A DNA stretch of 53,258 nucleotides, filler included, from Sphacelaria rigidula (Eukaryota), in assembly GCA_964200075.2 (NCBI GenBank). It is 4 parts of 4 records of this genome, joined end to end, with 100 filler letters (N's around TTAATTAATTAA, not from the genome) between each part and the next. Parts side by side here need not be neighbours in the genome. Positions count along the whole stretch, not along the records: positions 26,682 to 39,920 come from CAXNAA020003038.1; positions 40,021 to 53,258 come from CAXNAA020003039.1; 2 more parts are not named here. One strand, 5' to 3'. Below, one piece after another: positions 36,544-49,658 of the stretch; positions within the stretch are counted from its first letter, which is position 1; each line of letters begins with the position of its first letter. A program made the translations under genes and the position numbers. The notes beneath the pieces were generated by a model that ran no database searches, had not been told where the DNA came from, and was given only the letters and a program-made list of their open reading frames with translations.

Positions 36544-39538
36544 TTTGATAGCTCTTCTGCGTTCCCTTCCTTTCCCTTCCTTCTTGCGCTAGGTTGGTTC
36601 TGCTGTTATTTTGATTTGTTTCGTTGCCTTTTAGTTCGGTCCGTCTTTTGTCCCCATCCTTTCATTTGTGTTTTCTGCTCTTATTTTTCATTTAGCATGC
36701 ATATATGTTTTATTCACCTTAGGAACTGTAAGTCTTTTGTGTGGACAATGACCGCGGCTCGGTCTCTCGGGGATGGATCACTTAACGTGTGACACGCAAA
36801 TCAACTAAAATGCATACTTCGAAGTACGGCGGGAATCGAATCCCTATTTTCTGACCTAACGTAATGTGTGTCAGTTGTACGACTGTTGTAGCATTCGACT
36901 ATCGGGGCGCGGCGGTGACCAACACTCCGATTGTACAGTCGAACCTCCACAGGGTCCAACGAGCTTTCGGTAATCTCTCAAGTCTTGATGAACAATAGAG
37001 ATGATCTCACCTTATGGAGCCAATATGGATGTTTGGAGTACGCTCGCCGGAAATGGCCCGTTTGCGGGATTGTGAATTTCGAGAACGCATATGTATCGTT
37101 TGCTTGCTTTTTTCTGGACGCATTGAAGGATGTGGACGTACCAAGACACGCATGGTGTGCAAGGCAAATGCATACCCGACCAATCTTGAGCCCGGCGTGG
37201 TGTTTTTTGCTCGACCGGAAACCGTCCAGTGTTGAGGGAGTAGCGGTGTCTCGTGTGACTAAGGAAACTGGTGTCGGTGGGTGCAATGGTGCCCGTTTGG
37301 TGTCTCGTGTGACTAAGTAAACAGCTAAATTTCTCCCTTTAGTGGCGCCCGTAGAGACCCAAACAGAATGTTGCCCACTGGCGTACTTCAGGTCCCCTCC
37401 GTGGGTTATTGCCGTCTCTACGATGTCTCTGTAGCTGTCCAGGTCCCGCTGAACAAGTGTTGTGCCGTGCGTCAAACAAGCAGTGTAGAGTATGACCTAT
37501 TTCCAATCGGAATAGTAGTGAAATTTGCGGCGGCGGGCGATGCGATGCAAGGTAACGCTCCGGTTCTGGATCGGGTTGGTTAAAGTGACTGGCGACTCAA
37601 TATCAGAAACAAGGAATTGTCTTCGCTCTTTTTTGGTACATGACTAATGCCATGTGCGTCCTGATGAAGAATCACGCGTGTTGCATCACATTTGTTGAAA
37701 TCATAAGAATTGGTCGAAGCACCGCACTGATTCCGAACAGTTGGCAGCTCTTGTACCTCCCGCGGATATTGCCCACTTCGTAAAATTGGATGAAGTAAAG
37801 ATTTTCTCGAGGAAGATCATTCGCAATTTCCGAGTATTGATTGAAGTAGTTCGCCACTTGGGGTCGGATTCGTACGAATCTTAGATGTATGGTATGAGTT
37901 GGCCCAGTAGGTTTTCCAAATGCGTCTCGAGATTCCATGATTAGAACCACTTATGGCTCCAGTCATCGAGTCCGGGCATTCGGGGGCTGACAATGTTGGC
38001 TCTAGCCAAATCATGAGGAATTAGTTCGGGAATCGAATTTGGGTAGACGTTCGTCATCTCAACCCACCGAAACAAACTCATTTGGACGAGCGTCAGTAGT
38101 GTGTTGACGATTGGAGTATGCTGGTGAGGACGACGGAGAGGACAACAACGTCAACTCAACACGATGGCGAGTTCTACACCGAGCTCGCGTCGCGTATTTT
38201 GACCCGTGTATACTCACGCACTGCTGGAGGAATTCCGTCTATATCACCTCCTGCGCTTCGGTGACGACATGGGCTGCATCAAGGCTGTTTTTATCATCAT
38301 GCGCTCAACTTGTCGTTTGACTTGCCACTATGTTGCCATACCGAGGGCCCATTACTTCCGACACTACGTGAATCCCCAGGAAAAAAAACGCAAGCCTCCA
38401 CTTACCGGCAGCGCTTTGGTCATGATAGTCGTTTTTCCCCGAAGGCTCTGGAGACTCTCGCCTGAAGTTTGATATCAAGCGCAGCGCCAGAGAACGTAGA
38501 GGGAAGAGCGCAGTGCACGGTCATCTTGTTGGCCCCCCACGCGGGTGATCAATATATCCGTAATGACGTGAAAATGACTTGACGGAATGTCGCAGGGGTA
38601 GGTGAAACAAAACAGCACTATTTTTACATGGCCGGCGTTACAAGCGCACTGTTGGCATGTACGTGTCGCTGGACCGGTGCAACAATGGCAATGCGGAAAA
38701 AAAAATTGTGAGTGAATTCAATTCAGGCCCCGTGAGATTTGTTCGCGGTTCAGAGGCGATAGTGTGAAATTTATGCCCACCTCAAATACAATGCCGTGAG
38801 GTCATCTTCACTTTTGCCATTCAGTTCAGGGATGCGCCGAGTGAGAATTGTGCGTGGTTCAAAATGGGCATGTATGCTTCGTACGATCTGGCGTGCTTCC
38901 GTACCGGCCGAATGACCGACGATTCTTGAATTTCCGAAAAATCTTTGTAAACGTCTGTTCTAGGAGCAGTCTCTAACGTTCCGCAACAGCAATCCGAGCT
39001 TGGAATTCATGTTCCCGTACCTTGAGCACCTGAAAGTACTCGTTTCACGTCTTCGTCAATAACCACCCAGTCAAACAAAAAACAGACTATTCTTGGCCTT
39101 GGGCTGCTGAAAGTGTATTGTTGGATCACAGCAAATGCGTCCGCTGTAGCCATGCACGAAAAATACCGGATATTCCAACCCATTGTGGGAAAGTCATTTT
39201 GAGTCCATGTGCGGAAATGCCCAGTGTTTTCATTTGATGACGATGTATGGCTTGCTTTGCAATATTAATAAACTTTAGCATTCGAATGAAGTGGGCTCAG
39301 TAACCTTTCCCTATGAGAATGGCACAGGTAGCCCGCAAACCACACACGTTGTGATCTCCGATAACTTCCGATCACTGGGGCTTTCGTGATAGACGTGTAA
39401 GTCGTAGCGTGCATTTCAGGATGATTCGAGGGCATGCTCATCTATCCGTGTCATTCCTCCCACCCCCTCCTGCGTCACCCCTTCCCTGCTGTGGGTGGCG
39501 TCGGTTGGCAACGATGCTGTAAAACACGCCACTCACCG

Positions 39539-39847
39539 CGTAAGCTAGGCGACCAGGTCACCGATTTCTTTTGCGCGCTAGCGTTTGTTTTTGCAGTGAT
39601 CATCATGATGGTAGTCGAGCTAGATCATGTTGTTGCGGCGTGGAAGAACCTCAACTCCGCACAATGGGGATGATCGTACTACGTAGTGTTTAAATGGTGA
39701 GACACCCATGAGGCAGTGTAAAAGCCATGACTGTCTCTGAATGTGGCGATACCAGGAAACGCAACAACTCATCGTAGGCTTTCATCTGAATGCAAGATAA
39801 TCAATAGGCTTCGGGCCGAACAATCTTGGCAGGGTGCAGCTCACCCT
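39539..39847 (-). repeat. Inverted copy of the repeat at 1-309
   Basis: See the feature at 1-309. Confidence 0.9.
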
Positions 39848-39920
39848 TCATGTGATCCACTCAACACGCCACGGCGCTTCGCGCTTGGTGATTGAGTGCG
39901 AGCCTGGTCCGGCGAAAACC

Positions 39921-40020
39921 NNNNNNNNNNNNNNNNNNNNNNNNNNNNNNNNNNNNNNNNNNNNTTAATTAATTAANNNNNNNNNNNNNNNNNNNNNNNN
40001 NNNNNNNNNNNNNNNNNNNN
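39921..40020. other. Artificial 100-nt contig spacer
   Basis: N-TTAATTAATTAA-N. Confidence 0.97.
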
Positions 40021-40095
40021 CTGATGCACCCACATACACCGAAAGGTGTTGACTGGTGCCCAGAATAAATGGGACGACAACACACAACACACACA
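40021..40095 (+). mobile_element. 3' end of tRNA-derived SINE, copy 3 (cut by the gap)
   Basis: ctgatgcacccacatacaccgaaaggtgt..acaacacacaacacacac matches ~32650-32731. Confidence 0.85.
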
Positions 40096-40098
40096 GCC

Positions 40099-40545
40099 GA
40101 TCATCGAAGTTGAGGAGGATGGAGCTTCCCATCGGGGATGAGAACCCGGAGGATTAAAATCTTCGTATCCATACCAAATATTCGAAATATGGTTCCATTC
40201 CTTCACCTACTGGTAGCTTTTGACAGCTGCTACACGCCCTACAAATTTGGATCCCGATAAACGAAATGTTGGGGTCCTAGAGGAAAAACAAAACAGGGGA
40301 ATGTAGGTAATGCGATCGGATCGCCGACATTCCCCGAAATTGCTTTTTCATTCAGGGCCCCCCAACATTTCGGTTATCGGAATCCATATTTGTAGGGCGT
40401 GTAGCAGTTCTCAATGCGGTAGTAGTAGCTATCAGTAGGTGAAGGAATGGAATTATATTTCGAAGATTTGGTGTGGATACGATGATTTAATCATCCTCCG
40501 AGTTCTCATCCTCGATGAATAGCTCCATCCTCAATTTTGATGATC
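40099..40545. repeat. ~450-bp imperfect palindrome (foldback element or hairpin locus)
   Basis: Arms pair from the ends to the centre gcgatcggatcgc (~40312-40324), e.g. ccattccttcacctactg/cagtaggtgaaggaatgg and ctgctacacgccctacaaat/atttgtagggcgtgtagcag. Confidence 0.92.
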
Positions 40546-41897
40546 AGGTGTTAATTAATTGCGGGTGTATTATTTTGAGAGTGAGCGAGGCCACACATCA
40601 CTGCCGCAGAGTAAGTGCATTTGCATTTTTATTTCGACAATCTTCCGATGCTCGTTGATGCTGTGAAGATTCCCAAGGCTCATCCTCAAGAAAAATACAT
40701 CCTCAATTTGCATAACCCCCTGTAGACTAATAATACACCCACCCAGGCAAGTCCATTGAGGTTTTGAGACAGATAACGCAATATCGGCGTTGTGGGGCGC
40801 TACCATGCACCCAGTAAGAATGACTGTCACGCAACGTTCCAGTACGCACATACATGTTCATTGTACGCCATTGCCTGAGGCAAGGTGGGATCAGCCAGAA
40901 TCATTGCTGCAAATCGCTCGACAACCGAAGCATCCCCAACCGGAGATAGCGCTTGTACAGCCCTCCTTCCCAACGAGCTAAGGATATTAGCCATGACCTG
41001 AGATCGCGTTGTCGCTCCCGACGTTTGTGCTGCTGCAGGAGAACCGACCCCGCGGATAAGGCATGATACCATGCTCCGCCAATCGGGTGTTGCACAGCGA
41101 TCATCTCCAAGGGTGAGGGAGCAGTGGCCCGCATCAGACAGAGCAAGTGATGCCTCAACCCCTGTGGTGTCTAGACCCACCACCAGCAGACACGGCCAAC
41201 TAGAATCGGCGTTGTCGCACGTTTTGGAACGGTTTTCTGTTGAGCGTGGGGCCATAGTAGTATAGAACGTGTTGCCTGGCCGAGTCGTGCTCTCTTACGC
41301 AGCTCACAGAGGATGGCTGAGAAAGAACAAGGATCCCCAAGATTCGGTGGATCCAGGAAGGGAATTCCACTGCAACAGTAAACTATAATACTATAATAAC
41401 GTTTTGCCACAGCATGCCAAAGCACATATCTCGTGCACGTAAAGTTTCAGCACGAAAGGAGAGAAACCATCCCTGTGCTGGTGGTATTCTGATACGTATT
41501 ATTACCGGCAAAATAATACTCCTCCACGAGTCTCGACGAACACTCGATTACTAGCGCTACCCGGCGACACGGTGACTGCAAACATGCACTGTCGGACTGA
41601 CTGAACAATAGCCTCTTCCGCGCTGATGGATGATGACCATTTCCTCACATGATCAAACGCCAACCGCAGCATCCTCGTATCATTATCCTGTATCGTTTCA
41701 TCCGAACACGTAGTGTACTAACTATACTCAATACTGTACCGATATTGAAGATTGTGTTGTCTGTTGTTGTACAGGTTCCGACGACATCTGTTGTGACGGT
41801 TGGCACTAGACAGGTGTGGTGTAACGGACAACAGTAGTAGCGCCAAGCTTCTTCCCTTGACCACACAAAGGACATTACCACCACTTCCACCAGCACA

Positions 41898-42185
41898 ATG
41901 CGTCCCCTTCCCAAACGATATGACGACAACGACAGCGAGGACAATGACGACGACGGCAGCAGCAGTAGCAGCAGTGAATCTTCATCCGAAAGCGACCTCG
42001 ATGAAAGAGAAGCCGGCACCATGGCCCGCTTCGTGCCCACCCTCGTGCTGGAAAGGCTTCGGACTGTGGGAGAAGCTGCAATGGCCAAGAAGATGGCAGG
42101 ACCTGGTCCAGCAGGAGGAGTGGAGCATGTGTCAGCGATATCTGTGGATGATGGAGCCATTGTGCCGGAAGTCAGCTTACCCCAG
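41898..42185 (+). CDS. Soluble (ADCY10-like, class III) adenylyl/guanylyl cyclase, exon 1
   Basis: ATG, acidic leader, MARFVPTLVLERL (resembles the [YF]VP motif before the first sAC catalytic domain), donor CAG|gtgaga, phase 0. Confidence 0.8.
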
Positions 42186-44658
42186 GTGAGATCAGATCGG
42201 CTTGCATCTTAGGAAGCAGGTATGATTTTTCCTCCTGTAAATTGCATACGAATCATTTCTCGAGCCTCTCGCGTTGGATAACACCCCCGTCATCGTAGAT
42301 TTACCGACGTTTCGGGCTTGTCGCCGAGAGAGCAACACCCTACGCTCCACTTGTTAGGCAGGTGCGAGACATATCCAGCGATACATTTTTCCATCATTCT
42401 AGCACCGTAGACTCGTATACTCGGTGTTGAAATCTGAACTTGGAACGCTGGTGACGTGTTACATTGCACATTACATCCACGATACAAGGGTCCCGCATCG
42501 ACGAGTCACTTTTACTGCAATCTGCTGTTTTCTATATTGTGTGTCACCACTACGGCACGGCAAAACTGTTCACGGCGTGTACTCGAGTCACGTTTTTGAT
42601 GTCGTGGGACCGATTTCTGACGGCTTTTACCTTGAAGCAGATGAGCTTTGGCAAGGCTCGCCTACTCACATGCCCCTCTTCGGCAAAGGTTCGTTCCGCT
42701 GTCTATTTTGCTGAACGGCTGTCGGGTGTATCATAAGCCCGAACGTCCACTGAACTACAAGTATACTACTACTACTGTTGTCTATAATACCGTCGATGGC
42801 CAAGCAGAGCGGAGTTTCTTTCGTTTTGGCATATGACCTCAAATAATACCAGCTGGTTGAGCTGGTGATGCTGTAACACACTTTGATGAGAGATAAACAC
42901 TGAACAAAAAAGCTGTGCCGTTCGGAAACAACTTCAAAGTACGGCATTCGTCAGCGCACATTACTCTCGTCCATCGCAATCTTGGTTGGTGGTTGGTGGC
43001 GCTTTCATGTGAAGCGGCTATTTGACACGTGTTCGAGTATTTTGCTGTACAGGGACTACACCACCCACCCGGTATCGGTGAAACTGCCTTTGTATTAGCC
43101 GTACCGAACTATGGTGCGCGGACCGTCCTCTAGACTGCGCACCACATTCCAGCACCGATTTTAGACTGTCCTCTCCTTCCCTTGACAGCTGACTATTTCT
43201 GTTGCAATGCAACCGAGTATTCAGCAGCGGCCCGCTTTTGAGAAAATTCTCATCAATTTGAGCTGCAGTCTTTCTTGGCGATACTGTCACGATTCCAAGA
43301 TTGTGGACCTCGACCTTGCAACCCTTCCACTGAGATTCCCCCCCTCACGTGGAGTAAGTAAGATGGATTGCTGTTGTAATTCGATTCCAGGGCTTTTGTG
43401 CTCTAAGTATTGCAGCATGCCTATAGTATTTGCAACGTGAACAGGTTGATGTGGAGCATTTGAACGTGCAGCGCTTGGGTGGAAATTAGTTCGGGAGAAC
43501 CCCTAGCCGGTTTTGAGCCGCCGGTGTGTTGTATCAAGGCAAAGTTCGCGTTCGCCGAGACATCTTCGTGGGGTACAAGCTTTGATTCTTTACTCGTAGG
43601 TGGTGCACGCTGACTGTAGCACCATTACTGCCGCGACATACACGACGAACATGAAAGCTCGGTGCTTTCGGGGCAGTGTTGGCGTACTTAGAGCATGCTT
43701 TGATGTATTGCACTGCTGCATGTCACATCGTCTCAACTGTCCGTACTGCGTTGTTCCGTGGTCTGCACCAGCTCTAAGAGTAAATATATTTATGTTTATA
43801 TTCACTCTACGAACGAGCACATGACAAACCGACCAGCCGGCGTGTATCTGCCCGCGCAGGTGAAGCAACAGAACAGGGCAAAAATACGCCGGCTGAGAAC
43901 AGACTCGGCTAAATACAGCTGTAAACAGCAGCTAATGTCATCGCTCTCCATCGTATACACAGTTCATAGTTCACGCTGTTTCCATCTCGGCTTGGTGTTG
44001 TGCAGCGGTGTGCTACCGTATAAGACAGCTATATTTGCGAGTTGACTGGGGCAGTTCGGTCGCAGAAAACGACTGCATGAAGAGCAAAAATCCCTCGCGT
44101 GACCGTGGTTCGCCTCCAAGTGACCCATGGTTGATATTACGACTCGATTTGAGTCTGAACACCGATCTTACGATCTTTAGTTTGGTTTACAGTCCCGAGT
44201 GCTTGCCTGTTATAGCATGCACAGCACGCGTTTTTGTCCTAGCCGGCCCCTGCGGCGCCGATTTAATGTCTGCGAACTTGAACTTCGCCTGAGACGCCTT
44301 CTGCTCCTGCCTTACCCTAGGGTTCTCGGTATGCTTTGTATTGGGGTTCGGGGTTATCTACAGCGTTATTTAAAAGAAATGGCAACCATGTACAATTTGG
44401 AGGCGACCCGGGGTAATCCCAACTGGCTTCGATGGTCATATGGTTGTTGGAGTTCGGGTAAAATAGGGCTTGACGGCGAGGTATAGCAGTATTCTTATGT
44501 CCCTTTGACCGCCAGGATGAGCAATTTGTTGGAGCCCGACCGTTATGGCGGGTGATGTGGATGCGAGAACGCGATGGTTTGCCCGATAACCCGGACGTGA
44601 AATTGCATTTTCCAATCTAGTGCCGGAAGCTCGAGGAATGATTCGCCCGAACCGTTAA

Positions 44659-44802
44659 CCCCTCGACGGCGAGGGTAGGTCATGCGTTGAATCAGCATCA
44701 ATTTCACTTGAAAAAAGTATTCCTGACCCGGATAGACTGACGACCCTCGCGATCTACTTGTAAGGGTTTTCGAATTGTGACCTACTCTCGCTGTCTGAAG
44801 GG
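44659..44802. mobile_element. 144-bp piggyBac-like MITE (TTAA TSD, CCC termini)
   Basis: ttaa|cccctcgacggcgagggtaggtca ... tgacctactctcgctgtctgaaggg|ttaa; a related right end (gtcgagggg|ttaa) ends at 47644. Confidence 0.75.
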
Positions 44803-45203
44803 TTAATTTGGATTTCTTTATTTTTCTCCGAGAAGTTCGAGTAATATCAGGTAGGAATGACCCCCGAATTCAGACCGCTGGGATCGGGGACAAAGATCAG
44901 TAGTCAAAGAGGCGTTTTATGCCTGTGTCGGCGGTTGCAGCCTTGACTCCTGTGCCAGTATCGAGGCGTTATTGGGGTGCAAAACTAACAGATCTGTGGA
45001 CTGCGAGGAAGGGACGGGGCTCGCGGAGGCCACGTATTGCCAACATATTTTTTTTTCTTGTCCCTTGGAAGAAGGAGGAAACCTCACCGAACACGTACCC
45101 GCTAACGGATTTCCTTGACGATTACCCGGAGGCTCCGCCTAGATTGTGTCGCGGCAGTTATGTGTGGTAGGCGCTTTGCCAAAGTTGTGGCCATTCACAC
45201 GAA

Positions 45204-45580
45204 GTCTCGCCCATGACGGCATCGCGATTGTCGAGTTATGAACAAAACCATGACACGAGTCGCGCTGCCGTTCAAGCCAACAGGTGAACTTGGACCATTT
45301 GTTCTAGCTTCGGCGTGTGGGTAGCAAGAAAGTCGTTTCGGTCGTGCTGACTTTGACAAAGTATTGTAGTGCCTGCCGTAACGTCTCGCCCATAACGGCA
45401 TCACGATTGTCGAGTGATGAACAAAACCATGACACGAGTCACGATGCCGTTCGGTAGGGAGTGTAGACGTAACTCAAGCTAACAGGTGAACTTGGACCAT
45501 TTCTTCTAGCTTCGGCGAGTAGGTGGCAAGAAAGTCGTTTCGGTTGTGCTGACTTTGACGAAAGTATTGTAGTGCCTGCC
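45204..45580. repeat. Tandem duplication of ~175 bp (second unit has a small insertion)
   Basis: gtctcgcccat.acggcatc..aaagtattgtagtgcctgcc occurs at ~45204-45377 and ~45383-45580. Confidence 0.88.
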
Positions 45581-45800
45581 TTGTTTTCGAATATCGCCTC
45601 GTCACACCCACACACGTCAAACACAAGGGATTGAAGTTTTGGAACCATCGAAGTTTTTTTTTTCTGTTGTACAGTAGCTATCTTCTTCATGCACCAGTGA
45701 CGAGGCCCGCATGATCTAGCCGAAACTTTTTCAGACCCAGGTCGACTATCTGAAGAGCCGGTCCGAATCGGCATAATTTTCAGTTGAAAAATGAAATTAA

Positions 45801-47010
45801 GGCCCCGTCTTATCGAGACAAAAAATTGAGAAAAAGAGAGTGAGAATGATAGTGACCATGACGAGACAGCCCGCTTATGACAACCAGTTCACGTTCCTTT
45901 CCGCGTTCTCGTTCCCATTCTCATCAAATTTGATGTAAGCACTAGACAGCGAAATTAGGTCATCTGTTGAATCGGCATGAATTACACTTGAAAACAGTAT
46001 GCATGATCCAGGTGGACAACCGCCGCGGTCTAGGCGTTAATGCTGAATCGATTTCCGTGAGAGCGCGTCCATCATCACAACATTTTATATCGAAAAGGTG
46101 CGGCGGAAAAGAAGAAAAATCCGATCTGATACATGGTCATTATAACAAAAATGACAAGAACATGAATGACGACCTGTATGATCGGAATTTTTCTCTTTGG
46201 CCGCATATTGTTCCGATCGAAAAATAATTTGATAGGGTTCTATACTAAGGAAAAGCGGACGGTCTCTCGCACGAGGAATAGCAGCAGCAGCAGTGGTGTC
46301 TGCACCGGCTGATTCAGCCCCATCCCCCAACCGTACACAGTTGATGATGGTAAAAGTATTGCTGCTGCTTCTCCTCGTGCGGGAGGCGGTCCGCGCTTCG
46401 ACGTTGCCTCAATGCCCATACACCTTGCGCGTGACTGCCGTCCTGCCTTCGTGTGTTTGCATGTCGTTACCGCCGTGGCATTTCATTTTATCACTTTTTT
46501 TTCCCAACTGATGAAAAGAAAGGCCTTACATTTCTCGCGAGTTCGACAGTCCTGAACCGTCATATCATCATCACTCACTCACCATTTCATTTCCATTTTT
46601 TTTCGTCTCGTTAATTCTGGGAGCTAAGGGCATATCTTGGCACGTCAGTGTTCGATCGAAAAAGTGCGGGGGCAAAAAAAGAAATCCCGATCTGATAGGT
46701 CGTGATTTCAGTATCTTTAGAAGAAACTACGATGGTCTTAATCACGACCTATCAGCTCAGGATTGTTTTTTTCCACCGCACCTTGGCGATCGAAAACCAA
46801 TGTGCTGAGGCCCTGTCTTAACACATGATTTTTCGATCGAAATTGTGCTGTGGAAAACAAAAATCCCGATCTGATAAATCGTGATTTCAACCATCTTTTA
46901 AAATTTTCGACGATGGTTGAAATTACGACCGATCAGATCAGGATTTTTGTTTTCTACCGCACATTTTCGATCGGAAACAAATGTGCCAAGACAGAGCCTA
47001 AGACGCGCCC
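45801..47010. mobile_element. Cluster of PIF/Harbinger (Tourist-like) MITEs with TAA TSDs, including nested copies
   Basis: taa|ggccccgtc..ctgggagc|taa (45801-46624); taa|gggcatatcttggcac..gacgcgccc|taa (46628-47010) carrying nested tga|ggccctgtc..acagagcc|taa (46809-46998); palindromic bodies with cgatcgaaa/ccgatctgat. Confidence 0.75.
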
Positions 47011-48154
47011 TAAGGCATGCCCTTAGAACGGAGGAACAATCCGATGGGAACGCAAAAGGGAAATCAATATGGTTTCCACGCGTGGGCTGCTTGTCACTCT
47101 CATTATCGTTCTCAATTCTCACAATCTCACCCTAATTTTTTTTCTTGTTATCTCGACAAGGCGCAGATGACCCACCCTGGCGGTCAAACGGATGTAGTCG
47201 TGTATACGAGAACACAGTATAATGACTGAAAACACAGTATAATGACTGACCAATCAAGACCGTCGACATGGTGACACCACTGCGCGGCAGGCCTGTTGCC
47301 TGACCTAGAATTATCCTGGAAACGCGCAAGGTTGTTACAGGAAGCGTTCTGATGATCGGGGAGCCCCCCTCCCCCCCACCCCTCAAGCTCCGTCTCGAAG
47401 GTGGATCTGGTCAATGATCAAACGACGAAAGACAAGCACCAAATGAATACGCCGCCCGTGCCCTCATCGCTTCCCTTCCTCGAACATGAGTTTCTCCCCT
47501 TTTTGGAGACCCTTGAATACCGCTGACTTCTCAGGAGGCGAAACTTTTGAACGCCGGCATGAATCATCCGTCGAATCGGAGCCATTTTCACTTGAAAAAC
47601 GCAGGCGACACCGGTATGATCGGTCCACCCTGGCAGTCGAGGGGTTAATAGCCCGAACGGTCCGCCGTTTTTACTGAAAGAAGGCACGGGTTAGATGCGA
47701 GACTTTTCTGTTGCATAAAGAAATGACGGGGCGCGGACGAGAAATGTTGGGGTATGTGGGGACCGGACGCCGGATGGGGCGGGAATTCCCGTCCCGTCCT
47801 GTTGTCACGAGAGAGAATGTTGTCATGAGAGAGAGAAAATGTTGACAGAGATTCATGGTAAATGGTGAGAGAGAAAATGTTGTCATGAGAGAATAAATTT
47901 TCACGGGATAGAGAAAATGTTGTGCCGCGAGATTCCCGTTTCGCTCCGTCCCGTCTCTGCGTAAAAAGGAAAGCCGTCACGTGAGATTCCGTCTCACCCC
48001 GTTGCGTCATCACGAGACACGTGTGTGAAAACCCCGAAGATATTTGTGCAAGCGAGACCTTTACATATCAGCAAAACAAGAAGTGGCATGTTTCGCTTTT
48101 TTTCTTTTTAGATTCATGACTCACGTGTGTCGAAAATCCGAATATACCCCTCTC

Positions 48155-49342
48155 GGACGTGATCCTTTGAGACTCGCACCTAGATACTAGGATTAAACTG
48201 TGTATCCTGACGAACGTGACTGTACCAAAGCTGGAATATGAAGGAGAAGTATGGGAGGGGAACATGAAGTTGGTGGACAAGTTGGAAACAGTACAGATGG
48301 CAGCAGCTAAGGAACCACGTGAATGCTCAAAAATGACGAGTGATATAACATTGAAAGCAGAGTTGAGAATGTACCCACTTAAAACATCGTGAGAAAATTG
48401 AGATGGCAATATAGCGTAAAGAGCATGCAGAGAAACAGATTGCCAGCCATGGTTGATGAGGCTGTATAGAAGATGGCGAAAGGGCACACTGGAATAAGGT
48501 TGGATAGAGAAATCGAGAAAATATGGAAGGAGATAAAAATAAATCAACACGAAATACTGTCCATAGGTTAAGACGCGGGGCACAGGGCAAAAGTAGGAGA
48601 TATTATTGAAATAAGGGGAAAAGAAACGCTCAGACGCAAAGTAGACAAGGAAGACTACCTGAAGATTTACGGAGGATGGAAAGAGGGGATAGGGATGAAT
48701 GTACAGTATGTCTGCATGGCCCAATGGACGTGGCGAAAAAACTGAAACTGCAATATCGGGTGGGGGACCTGCGCCTGCCCGAACGAAGAAAAAAGAATAT
48801 ACCAGTAGTCGAGAGGAGGAGGAAGTAGATGCACGGAATTGCCGCTGCGGCAAAGCAATAGGGAGCAGAAGCCATATAGTGGGAGAATGTGAACTAGACA
48901 GGAGGGAACGGGACGTGCTAGAGGGGGAAATGCGGGACGTGGACGAAGGTGGTCTTTGTTTATTTGATGCGCTAAACAGTAGCGAAGAAACGTTGGCTAT
49001 ACTAGGAGATGGATGGTGACCACGCAAGGCGAAACAGAACGAGGATAAGCGATGTAGAAGGTTTTGTGTTGAAAAAAAAATGATCGCTTGTCGCATTTTA
49101 ACTGATCCCCCAGGGTCCCGCCGTGGTGTCATGACAGACGTACTCAACAAAAACGGAATTCAAACACGCTCTGAGGGAAAAAAAGAAAAAACGAACAGGA
49201 AACATGTATGGAAGGATCGTAATGAGCACCGACATGTTGGAGGTGTCTCTGATATTAGGAGTAGGAACAGTTCCCCGTCTCGAAAGGGATGCGTGGTCAA
49301 TGGTCAGAGGACTAAGGCAAGCAACAAATTAATACCCCCCCC
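48155..49342 (+). mobile_element. 5'-truncated decayed LINE (family B): ORF2 C-terminus, 3' end and C-run; family-A repeat inserted at ~49075-49165
   Basis: RIKLCILTNVTVPKLEYEGEVWEGN..; C-terminal zinc-knuckle-like CRCGKAIGSRSHIVGEC; ends ccgtctcgaaagggatgcgtggtcaatggtc..gcaagcaacaaattaatacccccccc. Confidence 0.85.
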
Positions 49343-49544
49343 CGCCCAAGGCACCTTCAATCTCCCGTAAGATTTAACGAGATCTCCCGTCCCGTCAAGT
49401 ATAACGATGTTCCAGTAAGAAAGTGTTCGTTTTCCCTCCAAAAAACAGGGTGCGTTTCTCAGGCTACACCCTTATTTGTGTGAGAGTTTGTTTCCTTGTT
49501 AACCTACCGTACGTGACGTCGGTTCGTGTGCCTGTGCATGCTAG

Positions 49545-49658
49545 GTGCACGAGCTGGATGCAGCGGTGATGGTGGTGGACGTGTCGGGGTTCTCCGGCAT
49601 GTGCGAGCGGTTCGCGCAAGGGCGTACCCCCGATGGAGGGTGGCGAGGAAGGACGAAG
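49545..49658 (+). CDS. Soluble adenylyl cyclase-like gene, exon 2 (first metal-binding Asp)
   Basis: ctag|GTG..AAG|gtgcga, phase 0-0. VHELDAAVMVVDVSGFSGMCERF carries the class III cyclase D[IV]SGF motif. Confidence 0.9.

Noticed and set aside
44659..47644. Single 3-kb piggyBac element spanning both TTAA-CCCC ends
   Set aside because: The left end pairs better with a TIR at 44802, and no transposase lies between.
48068..49150. 360-aa minus-strand ORF, also 35434-36161
   Set aside because: Antisense to purine-rich LINE remnants; Ser/Phe/Leu-rich artefacts.
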